Source of the DNA: Epiperipatus broadwayi
Lineage: Eukaryota > Animalia > Onychophora
Reading direction: 5' to 3'
Assembly: GCA_028023455.1 (NCBI GenBank)
Contig: JAQFVV010000003.1
Span: forward strand, 19,716,001-19,780,000
DNA length: 64,000 nucleotides
Positions 23,501 through 35,780 of this stretch are shown in pieces (the first letter of the stretch is position 1; each line of letters opens with the position of its first letter). The position numbers and the translations under genes were made by a program. The notes beneath the pieces were generated by a model that searched no databases, was not told where the DNA came from, and saw only the letters and a program-made list of their open reading frames with translations.

Positions 23501-26399
23501 AATAACCAAGTTTTAAAAAAAATTATATATAGTCAATTACTATAAAAATATAACATTACCTAAGTTGTTAAAAATTAATACTTTTAATTTGCTTGCTTTT
23601 AAAATTAAAAATATTATGTCTAAAAACTTAAAACTGATTTGTTTCTGTGGAGAACTTGTGCTTCATATATGTGTGTATGATATATATAAATACTTTTTCA
23701 TTTTTTAATTATAATAATAAATTAAAAAATAAAACTCCTTTTTTTTATGCTTATTTTAATATTCAATTTATCAAAATGTTTTGATTGCTAGACAGACATC
23801 ATCAGTCTACATTTAAATATAAAATAGTATATATCACTAACAAATTTAAATTATTTTGAAGTTTTATTGTGTAAATTATTATAAAGACTTACACCTAGGA
23901 TGGTGAAATTTTTTTTTATAAAATTGTAATTATTATAATGTCTGAAGCATTATTTAATTATTTTGTTTACAATCAATTAAATTATTTTTTTAAATATTTA
24001 TATGACTGGTTTATTTTTTTTTACACTTCATGACTTTTACAGATTTTTCATATATTTTTGAAATATAGAACTCTATAAACAAAATATTTCTGAGTTTTTT
24101 TTTCTACTTTTTCAGAAATTTTCTTAATCAGAAATTATACCAAAATAAATAATACATGACTTTTCTAACATTTAATCATATTTAAGTAATTCATTTCATG
24201 TCTCACTATTCATAAGCTATTTCTACCAGCATTAATAATCAGTGGTTACTAAGTGGTAGTGCCAAATTGATTCCCAATTTTCTTTCTGGCTATTGTTTCT
24301 TTTAATAGGAATAGTGTAAAATAATATGAATTCGCATTAAATACCATTTTTCTGCATCAGTATTCAGCATCTCTGTGGACCACAATTTACAATCATATAT
24401 TAAGATTCTTATTTATATTGCAGTTACAGCTTTTACTGAACATTATTATTATTTGTTTAATTTTGATTATCATAAATGCTTCTCTGTTGTGTTTAAGATT
24501 TGTCTCATAATTCTGTTTTGTCCCATTACATCAAAAGTGTCGCATCGCTCCCATCTTTATATTATTCCTATTTTTATTTATTTAGAGCATAGAATTTTAT
24601 TTTTTAAAACAGCTGTTAACAAACATTGACAAGGAATCTGCAAAAATGATTCACTAGTGCTTTATTAAGTCCTTGAATTCTGCTACTGTTTATGCATAGA
24701 TTTCATTAATTACATGTTTCATGATTTGTGTTTAGCTATAACAATATGAATTGTATAACAATTCTATTTTCAAAGCCTAAACTCCAGGAAGTTCAAATCC
24801 AGTTGAATTTGCTTTTTATATATTTTCTGTGACAATTTGTCTTTTGATATCTGATGGAGGAAAATAATGTATATGAAAAAATAGGAAGCCACCATAAATT
24901 AATATGAATTTAATGTGTCAGCAATTCTTTATATTACACTTTTTATTTGACAGTTCTATCAATTTTTTTATCTTTTCAAGATGTGTTCCTGCTATTTTTA
25001 TTTTAGACATTATTTTCCTCCATAACACAAGAAATCAGTTATGATAATTTGTGGTCTGTTATCTGGTATTCCTTGATTGCTCAACATAGAGAATTGGATC
25101 TTTAGTGGGGAAATTTTCTGTAGAAAAATATTATTTGTTTTAGGACGAATATGATAATGGTTTATATGTATTTTTATATTTTTTCACTCATGATACATTA
25201 TATTTCCAGAATTGAGTAGACATTTGGATCATAAATTAATTACTGTAGTATAGGGTTGCTCCCCTTTCACCTTAATATATTTATTCCTTCTAGTATTCAG
25301 TATAATAGATTTTGGTAAATAATAGCAGTAATGCATTTCTTTTGTAAAACTTCTAACTCTTGAGTTAAAACAAGTCAGTTTACAAATTTTAATATAGAAC
25401 TACCTTATCCTAAAAATGTTTTTTTCATATTCATGTTTTTGTTTTGTTAAGCAAGTTGCATTAGTGATACAATATTGGGAGTGACAAATTATCTACAAAA
25501 TCACATTCATACCATGAGAACAGCTCATAATGCCATTGATGTACACTTCCATATAACAGAGTTGATTATAGTTTGAGAAAAATCAATTATGTTTGATTAG
25601 TTTTCACAAAAGCCTTGATTTAAAGCTGGTAGTTATTTTTTTAATGGTAGGATTTTCAATAATTTTGAAGATAATCATACTTAACTTCATCAGGTTGCAG
25701 TTGTGACATAAGAGGACTGTATTTTTGCAACTGTTTTTTAAATCCAAAAGTAAGCCGCAGAGCATCAAAAATATATAAAGAGAAAAGGTTGAATCAATGT
25801 GAATACTAATGTTCTTAAACAAATTATAAGATCTCATGTTTTGATTCTATAATCTAATTATGCATATATAAATTAAAAAGATTTTCATGGATGTGAGATG
25901 TGAATACAATTTTCAGGATTTCCTGAACATGTAGTTGCTTGTTATTATTACCAATGCCTATGGCAATAACAATAATAATAAATCCACTTTTACTATCCAG
26001 ATGCTGACAGAAATGTCAGTGCTTTAGTAATAATAATAAACAATCACGCACATGGAAGAATTAGAAGATTGCTCACATATATCTATATATAATGAACTTT
26101 TGAAATAACATTCTAAGTAATGAAATATTTGAGCTAAAAACAGACATTTTTAAAGATGAGCTTTGTATCAGTATTATAAATTTTGTTAGTGTTGAAACAT
26201 TTATTTTAAATTATAAGCTAAATTATATAAAGAGAAGAAACAAAGAACATCATTAAAGTTTATTGACCAACTAGGAATAATTATAATAAAAAACTTTTAT
26301 TAAAATATCACATCATCACCTTTTCTTTATGCTTACATAAACTAATAAAACTAGCAAAAATTTTCTCTATAACATTGCCATTTAGTACAAAGCTCTAAT

Positions 26400-29300
26400 A
26401 ATCGTTACTTACTAAAGTTTACAGTAAAGCAGAGATAAGTAAAAAAAGTAATCTGATAAATACATTTTATAATTATATTAACAAGGGTGAAACTTATTAG
26501 CACAGTGCCATTTATATAGGCCTAATTCAAAATTAAATGGGGTAATTCATTCCTTACTCATTTTCAAATCCATGCTTTTAAAGAATTTTAAAACAAATAT
26601 TTGGGATATATTAAATAAAGCATTATTTCCAACATATATTAGTCATTCTTAAAATAATGATTAAAATGCTCTTTAAAAAATCAATAACTTTTTTATTGAT
26701 TAGATCATTCAACCAAACCAAATAATTTGCATGAGCTATGCCAGATGGATATGAAGGTAAACAAATCTTTAAAATTTATAAATAAGTGTAAAAAACATAG
26801 CAATCCTAATATAATAAATAGCCGTATTTATATATGCCTAATTCAAACATTCATAGAATAGTCCATTGCTTACTCATTTTAAACACCAGGCAGTGGATGA
26901 ATTTAACATAAAATTTTGGGAGAATAACAAATACAATATTATTTCCATAATTATATGTGATATATAGTTTTTGACTTCTGAACCAAATGAAGTTTGTATG
27001 CATTGCAGCAATTTTCTACTTAACTAGTTTGATCTGCAAAGTAAAATAACATTTGCATTAGGTCCCACAGATGTTTTTAAGAGTAAATCTAATAATTTTA
27101 TAAACAAGGGTTACTCATTCTCAAGTTGATGTAAATGAATAATAGTTTTAAGACAAATATTTTTTAATATATAAAATGAAGCATTTTTTATAATATTGTA
27201 TGTCATTTTTATTTTTTAAAAAAAGCATTATGTTCAGTATTATATGTAATTGCCACTCTTAAACTACCTGAACCAAATGATAAAAAATATTTCAAGACTT
27301 TAAATTGCTCAACCAAATAAATGATGGCATGAACTATACCAGATAAATAAATCTAGCAAATTTGTAAATATGGGTGAATCATATTGCAATCCCGATGTAA
27401 ACACATGCAAATTTATATATGGCCTAAGTCAAACATTTATGAGAGATCATTGCTTAGTCAATTTAAAGGCCATGCAAAGAAGGAATTTAACATCATATAT
27501 TTAAAGTGTAATAAATATAGCATTATTTCCAAAATTATATCTGATTTACAGTCTTTGACTTAAGAACCAATTGCTATTAATATTGCAGCATCCTCCTAAT
27601 TACTAGAATGCTCAGCCCAAGCAAAATGATATTTACATAAACTGCCCTGGACTTATTTAAGAGTGAATGAATCTAGTAAGTTATTAAACAATGATTCACA
27701 TTATGATCTAGATGCAAACCACTTCTTTTATATATATCCTAATTCAAACAATCATAGATACTGCTTAATCATTTTTCAACTCTACAAAATTGAAATATAT
27801 TAACATTATAAGTCATGGTAAAAAACATTTCAGCACCCATTTTTTTCCTACCACTCGCCCAAAACATCAATTTTCTTTAGTTTCCTGATATATATGTAGG
27901 GTCTACAAATCTAGTAATTTTATAATCAAGGTGAAATCATTACATTCCAGATATAAAATTAATTTTATTTATATGGGACTAATTCAGATTTATGTGTGAT
28001 AGTCCATTCTTTAATCATTGTCAAATTCCTTCAAGGGAAACAAAATTATGTTAAATATTTCTAATACAATAAATATGTTTTTCAAACATTATGATTTCCA
28101 GTCTTTGACTAATAAAAGAAACATGGTTAATAAATAAACAGCAGCCTGAATCTTATAAGTTTGCAGAGCCAAATGTAAATGATGTACCAGAGATATATTA
28201 GGATAAACAAACAGTTATACTCACTACAATTTAGATGTAGACAGAATATTAATTATATTGGTCCTAACAAACATTTATGGGAGAATCCATTTTTTACTCA
28301 TTTCAAGTTTTAATACACAAAATATATATTATCATTTTCTTTTTAAAATAATGAAGGGGACATTTCAATACCCATTTCATTATTAGATTGCTCGAACAAA
28401 GCAAAATAACAAGTTCATTTAGCTGCCATTTATATATAATGTTGAACAAGTCTTGTAATTTTATTAATTGTTAAACTCATTATTTTCAAGATATAAATAA
28501 AACTTTATTTACATAGTTTACTTCAACAAATTTACATGTGAGAGTCTATTATCTAGTCATTTTCAAGATGATAAAATTAAAGGATTTTAAATCAAATATT
28601 GGTAATTTAGGAAATACAAAGGTATTTCCAAAAAATAAATATAATTCTGAGTAGTAAACTAATGAATAAAATGCTGCTAATAAATATTTCACCACACCTT
28701 TAATTACAATCAGATTTATAAATAAGGATAAGACTCATTGTAATCCAGATGTAAATAGCCTTTTTTATATAAGTCTAATTCATATTTTTATGGGCCAATC
28801 CATTCTTTATTTTCAACTCCAAGATAGAAAATAATTCTAAAATATTTATAATAAAGCATTATTTTCAACACTATGTGTAAATTTTTTTAAACTGATGAAG
28901 CAAATGATGATAAAAACATTGCAGGATTTGCTTACTTATTAAGTTGATCAACTATATGACCATCTGCATGAAATATGAGAATAAGTATATCTAGAAAATG
29001 TATAAACAATTGTGAACCATAAGGCTTAAGACAAACATGGGGGATTTCATTGCTTGCTTATTCTAAAAGCCATGCAATCAATGAATTTGACATTTAAAAT
29101 ATAGTAAATACAGCATTATTTCCAATGCAAATGATTTATCATCTTTGACCAATAAACTAAATGGGTTATATTCATTGCTGCACTTTCTTACTTACAAGAT
29201 TGGTCAGGCAAACCAAAATGACCACTACATTTGCTTTTCCAAATATATGTAATGGCAGAAAAATTAGTAGTTTTATAATCATAAGAGTAAAACTAATTAC

Positions 29301-31750
29301 ATTTCAGATGTAAACATAATCATATTTATAAAGGTCTTACTCAAACATGTAGAGTCCATTCCTTACTCATTTTCAAGCCCATAAAGAACTTTAATTACAT
29401 GTTTCACCATTATTTTTTTTATTAGAATAATCTAGCGAAGTAAAATAACCACCTGCATCAACTTTTTACAATGCCTATTTAAACACAACCTTATTTATAT
29501 AGGTTTAATTCAAACTTTCATGGGAATCTATTCCTTACACATTTTGAAGTCTTCGCTTGTGAAAAATTTAAAGATAAATATTTAACGTATATTGAATAAA
29601 ATATTTGCAACAATACATGTAATTGTCATTGTTAATATAATGAACAAAATGCTCTTTAAAAAATTGCATGCTTTATGTAATAGATTGATCAAATATATGA
29701 AATCATTTGCACGAGCTGCACCAGAAGTATATTAGGGGATACAATTTTGCAAGTTTATAAATGAGGTTGAACCACATGGTAATCTGGATGTAATAATAGC
29801 CATATTTATAAATTCAAATATTCCTAAGATAGTCCATTGCTTATTCATTTTAAACATGCAATGGATGAATTTAATATCAAATATTTGAAGAATAGCAAAA
29901 GTAGTTTTTCAAAATTATATGTAATTTAGTCTTTGACTAATGAACCAAATGAAGTTAATATACATTGCAGCACTTTGCTACTTACTAGGTCAATTGGCAA
30001 AGTAAAATGATATTTGCATTAGTAAATTTATAAAAAGGATGGTGCTGACCGCAATTCAGATATGAACACCATCTTTTTATGTAAGCTCTAATTTAAACAT
30101 TCATAGTAGAACATACTATTTGCCCTTCATCAAAAAAATACAAGTGAAAACTTATTTTTAATATATTAAATATAGCATTATTTTCAATATTGTATGTCAT
30201 TTCTGCAGGTAAACTAATGAATCAAATACAGAAAATAGACATTTTAGCACCAAATTTAATTTTTATATTGCTCATTCGAAGCAAAATCTCTGTTTGCATT
30301 AGTTGCCCCTGATACAAATAATGTCTAACCAAATATAGTAGTTTTATGATCAAAGGTAAAATCCATTATACTTCATTTAGATATAAATACATAATTATGT
30401 GTATAGTTTTAATTGAAACCTATGCTCATTTTCAAGCTCAAAGAAATTAAGAATTTTAAGTTGTTAATACAAAGATTTTTATATACAATTCCCAGTCTTA
30501 AACTAATGAAACAATTGCTGTTAATAACCATCTCTCCTTTACTTAATGGATTGTTTAGCCTAAATAGTTTGTTTGCTTTAATTTGTATAGATGTACCTTA
30601 GGGTAAACAAATTAATATATTTATACCCAAGAGTGAACCGCATTACAAGTCTTGAATAATCATCATAGGGGAATTTATATATGGCCTAATTCAAGCATTC
30701 ATTGGGAGAGTCCATTGCTCACTCTTTATCAAAGCCATTGCAAGTGAAGAATTTAATGTAAAATATTTGAAGTATAGTAAATATAGCATTATTTACAGAA
30801 TTATAATTTACTAATGAATTAAATGATGGTAATTATTTCAGTATCAATTCATTTACTAGATTGCTCAGGCAAAGCAAAAAATCATTTGTATTAGCTGCTT
30901 CAAATATATGCTAAAAGTAAATAAATCTTGTTTTTAACACATGTGAAACTCCTTACAATGCAGATATATATATATACAGTTTCATTTACATAATGCCTAA
31001 TTCTAACCAGCATATGATAATCTATTTTTTACTTATTGTCAAGCCAATTCAAATGAAAACTTTGAAGTCAAAAATTCATAATATATTAAATACAGTCATA
31101 CTTCCAACATTAATGTTCAGGCAAAGTACATTGATGTGGCCCCAGATATATAAAAGGATAAACAAATCTAATAAGTTTATTAACAAGGGTGTTACATCTT
31201 CATAGCCTTATTTATATATTAGGGCATAGTAAAACCTATATTTAGCCTTGCTCAAATCCAAACTTGAAAAGTTTTTAAGTCAAATATTTTTTCATATATT
31301 AGATATTTTCAATATTTCATGTTATTTCTGCTCTTAAATTAATGAATCAAATATTGATAATTATTTCACAACTCATTTACTTTTTAGATTACACAGTCCA
31401 TTCATGTTGACAATTTCCATTAGCTGCTCCTGATATATAATGGGTAATAGTTTAGGTAAAAGTCATTACATTTTAGATGTAAACCTAATTCAAACATAGA
31501 ATTCATTCCTTTTTCATTTTTAAACTCATATCAGTGAATAATTTTAAATCAAATATTTGCAATATAATAAATAGCACTATTTTCATTATTATATAAACTT
31601 ACTGCTCTTAAACTAATAAATGAAATGGTCTTAATAAACATATCAGTTACCCCTTTATTACTAGTTGATCAACCAATGCAAAATGATAATTTGCATCACT
31701 GACATAGATATACATATTAAATAAATAATATTTTTAAATCTTTATGCAAT
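26400..31750 (+). repeat. Diverged tandem array (satellite-like), ~18 units, full unit ~315 bp, many units partly deleted
   Basis: Recurring blocks GGCCTAATTCAAAC, AGTCCATTGCTTACTCATTTT, TTTGACTAATGAACCAAATG, GCAAAATG..ATTTGCATTAG and CCAGATGTAAA. The first block sits near 26521, 26837, 27423, 27738, 27978, 28263, 28774, 29335, 30088, 30684, 30996 and 31484. Confidence 0.85.
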
Positions 31751-31779
31751 TTAATGAAAGAAAACTATCTTTTACACAT

Positions 31780-32740
31780 GACTAAAAGAATTTTGTGGCT
31801 CTATTCTTAAAGCCTAGTTTTAAATAAATGAACATTCATTGAAAGTGCTGAAAATTGAACACCATCTAATTTAGGCCATTTTTAAATCAGCATATAGGTG
31901 CGGAAAAAAAATACCAAGATAGAGAAAGCTCATTTTTAAGACCTGTAACAATAAACCACATTAGATTATATAGAGGTATATATTAAATAACACGTAAATG
32001 TGTATGTAATTTAGGGAAAATAAATACCCTTAAAAAAATAAATACCCTTCATATATCTGCTATAAATAGACAGGATTCTACATCATTAAATATTTTAAAA
32101 GAATGGGTAGCCACACATTCTTAAAACCAAACAAATTCATTGACAGTACTGGAAATGGAGCACAATCTAATTTAAGAGCCAGATTTTTAAATCAACTTAT
32201 TGTAATGGTTCAAATTATGAATCCCAGGGCAACGAAAACACCTCATTTTTAATGATGTGAAATAATAAACTTTATTAGTTTATATAAATGTAAATAATAT
32301 AGCATTCTTAGATATGCTATGTAGATGGAAGAAAATTATTCGTCACACATGCTGTGAATAAACACTCCACATCAATAAATGTTTTAAAAGAACGAGCTGT
32401 TATCCATTCTTAAGGTCTACTTTTGTATTAACCAAAATTCCTGACAATGCTGAAAATGAATTGTGATCTAATTTAATAGTACTCTTCTAACATGCACTAT
32501 GCATAAGACAGTACCCACATCAATAAATGTTTTAAATAAACAGGAAATATCCATTCTTAAAGCCTACTTTTAAATAAAGCAAAAATTATTGTCAATGTTA
32601 GAAATCAAGCATAATCTAATTTAGCAGCAAATTATTAAATATCTAATTACTTGTAATGAATTGAATCATAAATACCATGGCTGGGAAAATATTTCATTTT
32701 TAATGACCTGTGATAATGAACTAGATTAGTGAATGCATAA
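31780..32740. repeat. Second diverged tandem repeat, ~4 units
   Basis: The block ATTCTTAA...AAATTCATTGACAGTGCTGAAAATG...ATCTAATTTA recurs near 31800, 32115, 32405 and 32550. Confidence 0.7.
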
Positions 32741-34087
32741 GTGAACACTCACTCAGTAAAATATATGTAAGGGTGCCCCCTCAACTTATTATTAATATAT
32801 TATTTTTAAAATTTTGTTTTATATTATAATCTTGACTTATATGCATACTATACATATAAAAGAGTGTCTGTGTTATAAATGTGTGCATTGTGAAAAATAC
32901 TATACACTTGCAGTTCAATAAACAATACATTCTATTCTAATCAATGTTTATCAATAAAATGTGAGCTATTATACACTATATACATTTGAATGTGAGAGGA
33001 ACTTGGAAATAAAATATAACATAGTTCTTGACATGAATAATAAACTCCAGACATAGTTCATTAAAAAATTTTAAAAATGTAATAGCACCAAATAATTACT
33101 TTTTTTATGCCTACAAATATGTAACTATTTTTCTTTGATTTCTTTTATCAATAGACTGAAATACATAAAAATATAAAAAATTCACCTTTAATCTATCATT
33201 ATTAAAAACTATCTGTAATTAGCCATGATGGAATTAAAATTGTCTTTAAGTTTTGTTGACTTTTATGAATCCTTCCCTATTTTTTAATTATTTTAGGTTT
33301 TAAGAAAACTAAATTATTTAAAAACACAAATATCAGACTACTCAAAATTTTATGTATTGTTAGAAGCATCACATAATTGTAAAAAGTCAAATATATGTAT
33401 AATTACAAGGGTAATTTTTTTTAATATTCTTAATCTGAAATAATCGTAGTAATATTTTCTCTGTTTTGATTTTCAAATTTCTGCAGCCACAATAAATGTG
33501 TTGGTAGATGTCATTCTCATATCTGATCTTTTTCTGCTTATCATTTTTTCTTCAGATTATTCAATATTCTAAGAAGTTAAAATGATTTCATCTGTTTTTC
33601 AAGCCAAATTATCAAATATATGGTCAAGTGATGGCACTTTTTCTCTTTTGCCAAAGGTAATTTCAAAAGTTTTCACTTGCATTTTGTTGCTAGATAAGAA
33701 AATACCTGAAACAATCTGACTTTTTGATATTTATTAAAGATATAATTTATATCTATCAAACTTTTATTTTTTAATTTGTTCTGCCAAATATTTACTGATC
33801 CCCCCCCCCCTCATGAATTTGTCAATTATCTTTTATATTTTCATTATCAATTATTAAAGCATATATTGTTATATAAAATGTATATTTATATTCAGTTATA
33901 TCTTGCATTATTGTAATTTTTTAATCCTCTTTGATAATCTTAAAATAGGGGTCTTCCAGTTTTTAATGCATTCATAATGTAAAAAGATATGTCCATTTAA
34001 CAGAAATTTTTTTCAATATATAATTTGATTAAGTGAAAGGAAAAACAAAAGTCTATTATATAAACCTATTATTATAAAGCACTGAAA

Positions 34088-34429
34088 ACTTTGAAATATT
34101 CAAACGGAAGTCAATCTCCAATAATGTGCTCCCACTGATAAGAATTTTAAAAACTTAAGTGAATCACTTAAGTTTAGAGCGTACATTCTACATACACCAA
34201 CTCTTACAGATCATTCTTAAATCGGAGCTTGATCAAGCACGCAATAGACTACAGCCCTGATTTTTTGCATGGTCTGTAAGGGTTGGTGTATATAGAATGT
34301 ACTCTCTAAACTTAAGTGATTTATTTAAGTTTTATAAATTCTTACCAGCAGGAGAGTGCATCGAGATTTATAATATTTAAGAAATAGCACATTGTCAGAG
34401 ACTGACTTCCATTTGAATAATTTCAAAGT
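34088..34429. repeat. Imperfect foldback/inverted repeat with ~130-bp arms
   Basis: ACTTTGAAAT...CTTACAGATCAT pairs with ATGGTCTGTAAG...TTTCAAAGT. The right arm has a ~30-bp extra segment, and the centre contains the palindrome GCTTGATCAAGC. Confidence 0.8.
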
Positions 34430-34891
34430 CAATTATATCTAATTTTATTACCAAAACTATATCAATGTGTGCGCTCATATGTTTTTTATCATATGTTTTA
34501 ATTTCAATTAAGGATTTCTTAATAAACAAAACAAAGAAAAACTTTTTGGAAATGTCATTTTTTTTAAGGTGTTAAAATTTTAATGTGATATCTCATTGTA
34601 ATAAATAAAATCTCTTTCATTATATCTTTGATGCTTATTTAGGTTCACTTTTTTCTATAGCCAATAATACATGAACAGTGGCTCTTCCCCTCACCAGATT
34701 ATTGAAATAGAAATTATTTTTCTTCAAAGATTTATTAGATATTAAATAAATTTGCTACATTTGTGCTTGTATGTGATATATTGTACATATTTTCTGTGAA
34801 TTATTAAAAGATTTGTCTGCTTTAGAAATTTAAATTTTTTATTGTTCAATTGGTTAATGACTAGTTTTGAAAATGTATTAAAATTTAAAAT

Positions 34892-35073
34892 AAAGTCATA
34901 CATCACATGACTTAATTTGATAAGCTTGTAATTATAAACTAAAATTAAGAGTGTGCTAGTAGCTCTAATCAAGCTTTATTGATAAATGCTGCAAGAGAAA
35001 GCATATAAAATCTCTATGCTTTCTCTTGCATTTATTGATAAAGATTGTTAGAGTTATTAGCACACTTTATTTT
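34892..35073. mobile_element. Inverted remnant of the PLE-like terminal repeat family seen at 61919-62463 (no ribozyme retained)
   Basis: AAAGTCA..TCACATGACTT...AAAATTAAGAGTGTGCTAGTAGCTCTAATCAAGCTT matches the 62-kb family. It is followed by the hairpin TGCAAGAGAAAGCATA / TATGCTTTCTCTTGCA. Confidence 0.65.
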
Positions 35074-35780
35074 AGTTTATTAAACCTTGATTTTGATTTT
35101 TACTGCATCCATGCTTTATCTACAAAAAAGCACCGCATTCACTAGGTCCAAATATTTAATTGTGAATAATTTTGCTATAATCTACCAACAGTGTTTCTTA
35201 TTTCAAATGCTTCCACGTTTGGCATATGAAATGCCTCTAGCCCTTTAGATACTCTACTGTCAGCCTTGCATTGTACCTTCTGTAATTATTTCTAACATAG
35301 ACACGTTATTTCACATTTATTAACATTTTCCCCAATAATCTTTGATAAACAATTTTTTTTATTATCTTACCCACTCAAAACTTGTACAGTAACTATTGTA
35401 GATTTATTTTTATGTTTTAACTGATAATTTTGCCGTTTACCATGTTGGAAATTACTAACTACATCCTTGGCGTGTTAAAATAACTCTTTTCTTCTATATT
35501 ATTAAATCTATTACTATATTTAAAAATAAAATGTATTTAATCTAAATAATTATTAAAAATAATTAACTCTAATATTACAATTGAATGACCAAACACACTT
35601 CTTCAGCATAACTCAGTGTGACAAAGATGCTCATATTACATAGTATTAAGTAAAATGAGAGACACATATGAAAAATAGAATGTTATATTGCTAATAGTGT
35701 TCATAGTTTTATACCTTATCACTAATTAAAAATATTAGAAAAAAATACAATATATATTCCAAATCTAAAATTAAAACTAA

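Noticed and set aside
19024-28898. Isolated CTGATGA/TCATCAG heptamers at 19024, 23799 and 28892 (and others)
   Set aside because: None has a helix II, GAAA and NUH arrangement, so they are not hammerheads.
26400-31750. CRISPR-like or tandem exon-cassette (Dscam-like) interpretation of the array
   Set aside because: The whole unit is homologous between copies (no unique spacers), the context is eukaryotic, and the candidate AG/GT-bounded segment has stops in all frames.
33450-33705. Minus-strand acceptor followed by IFLSSNKMQVKTFEITFGKREKVPSLDHIFDNLA*, phase-compatible with the 43.8-kb minus candidate exon
   Set aside because: It stops after 35 codons, has no recognisable homology, and phase matches occur by chance one time in three.
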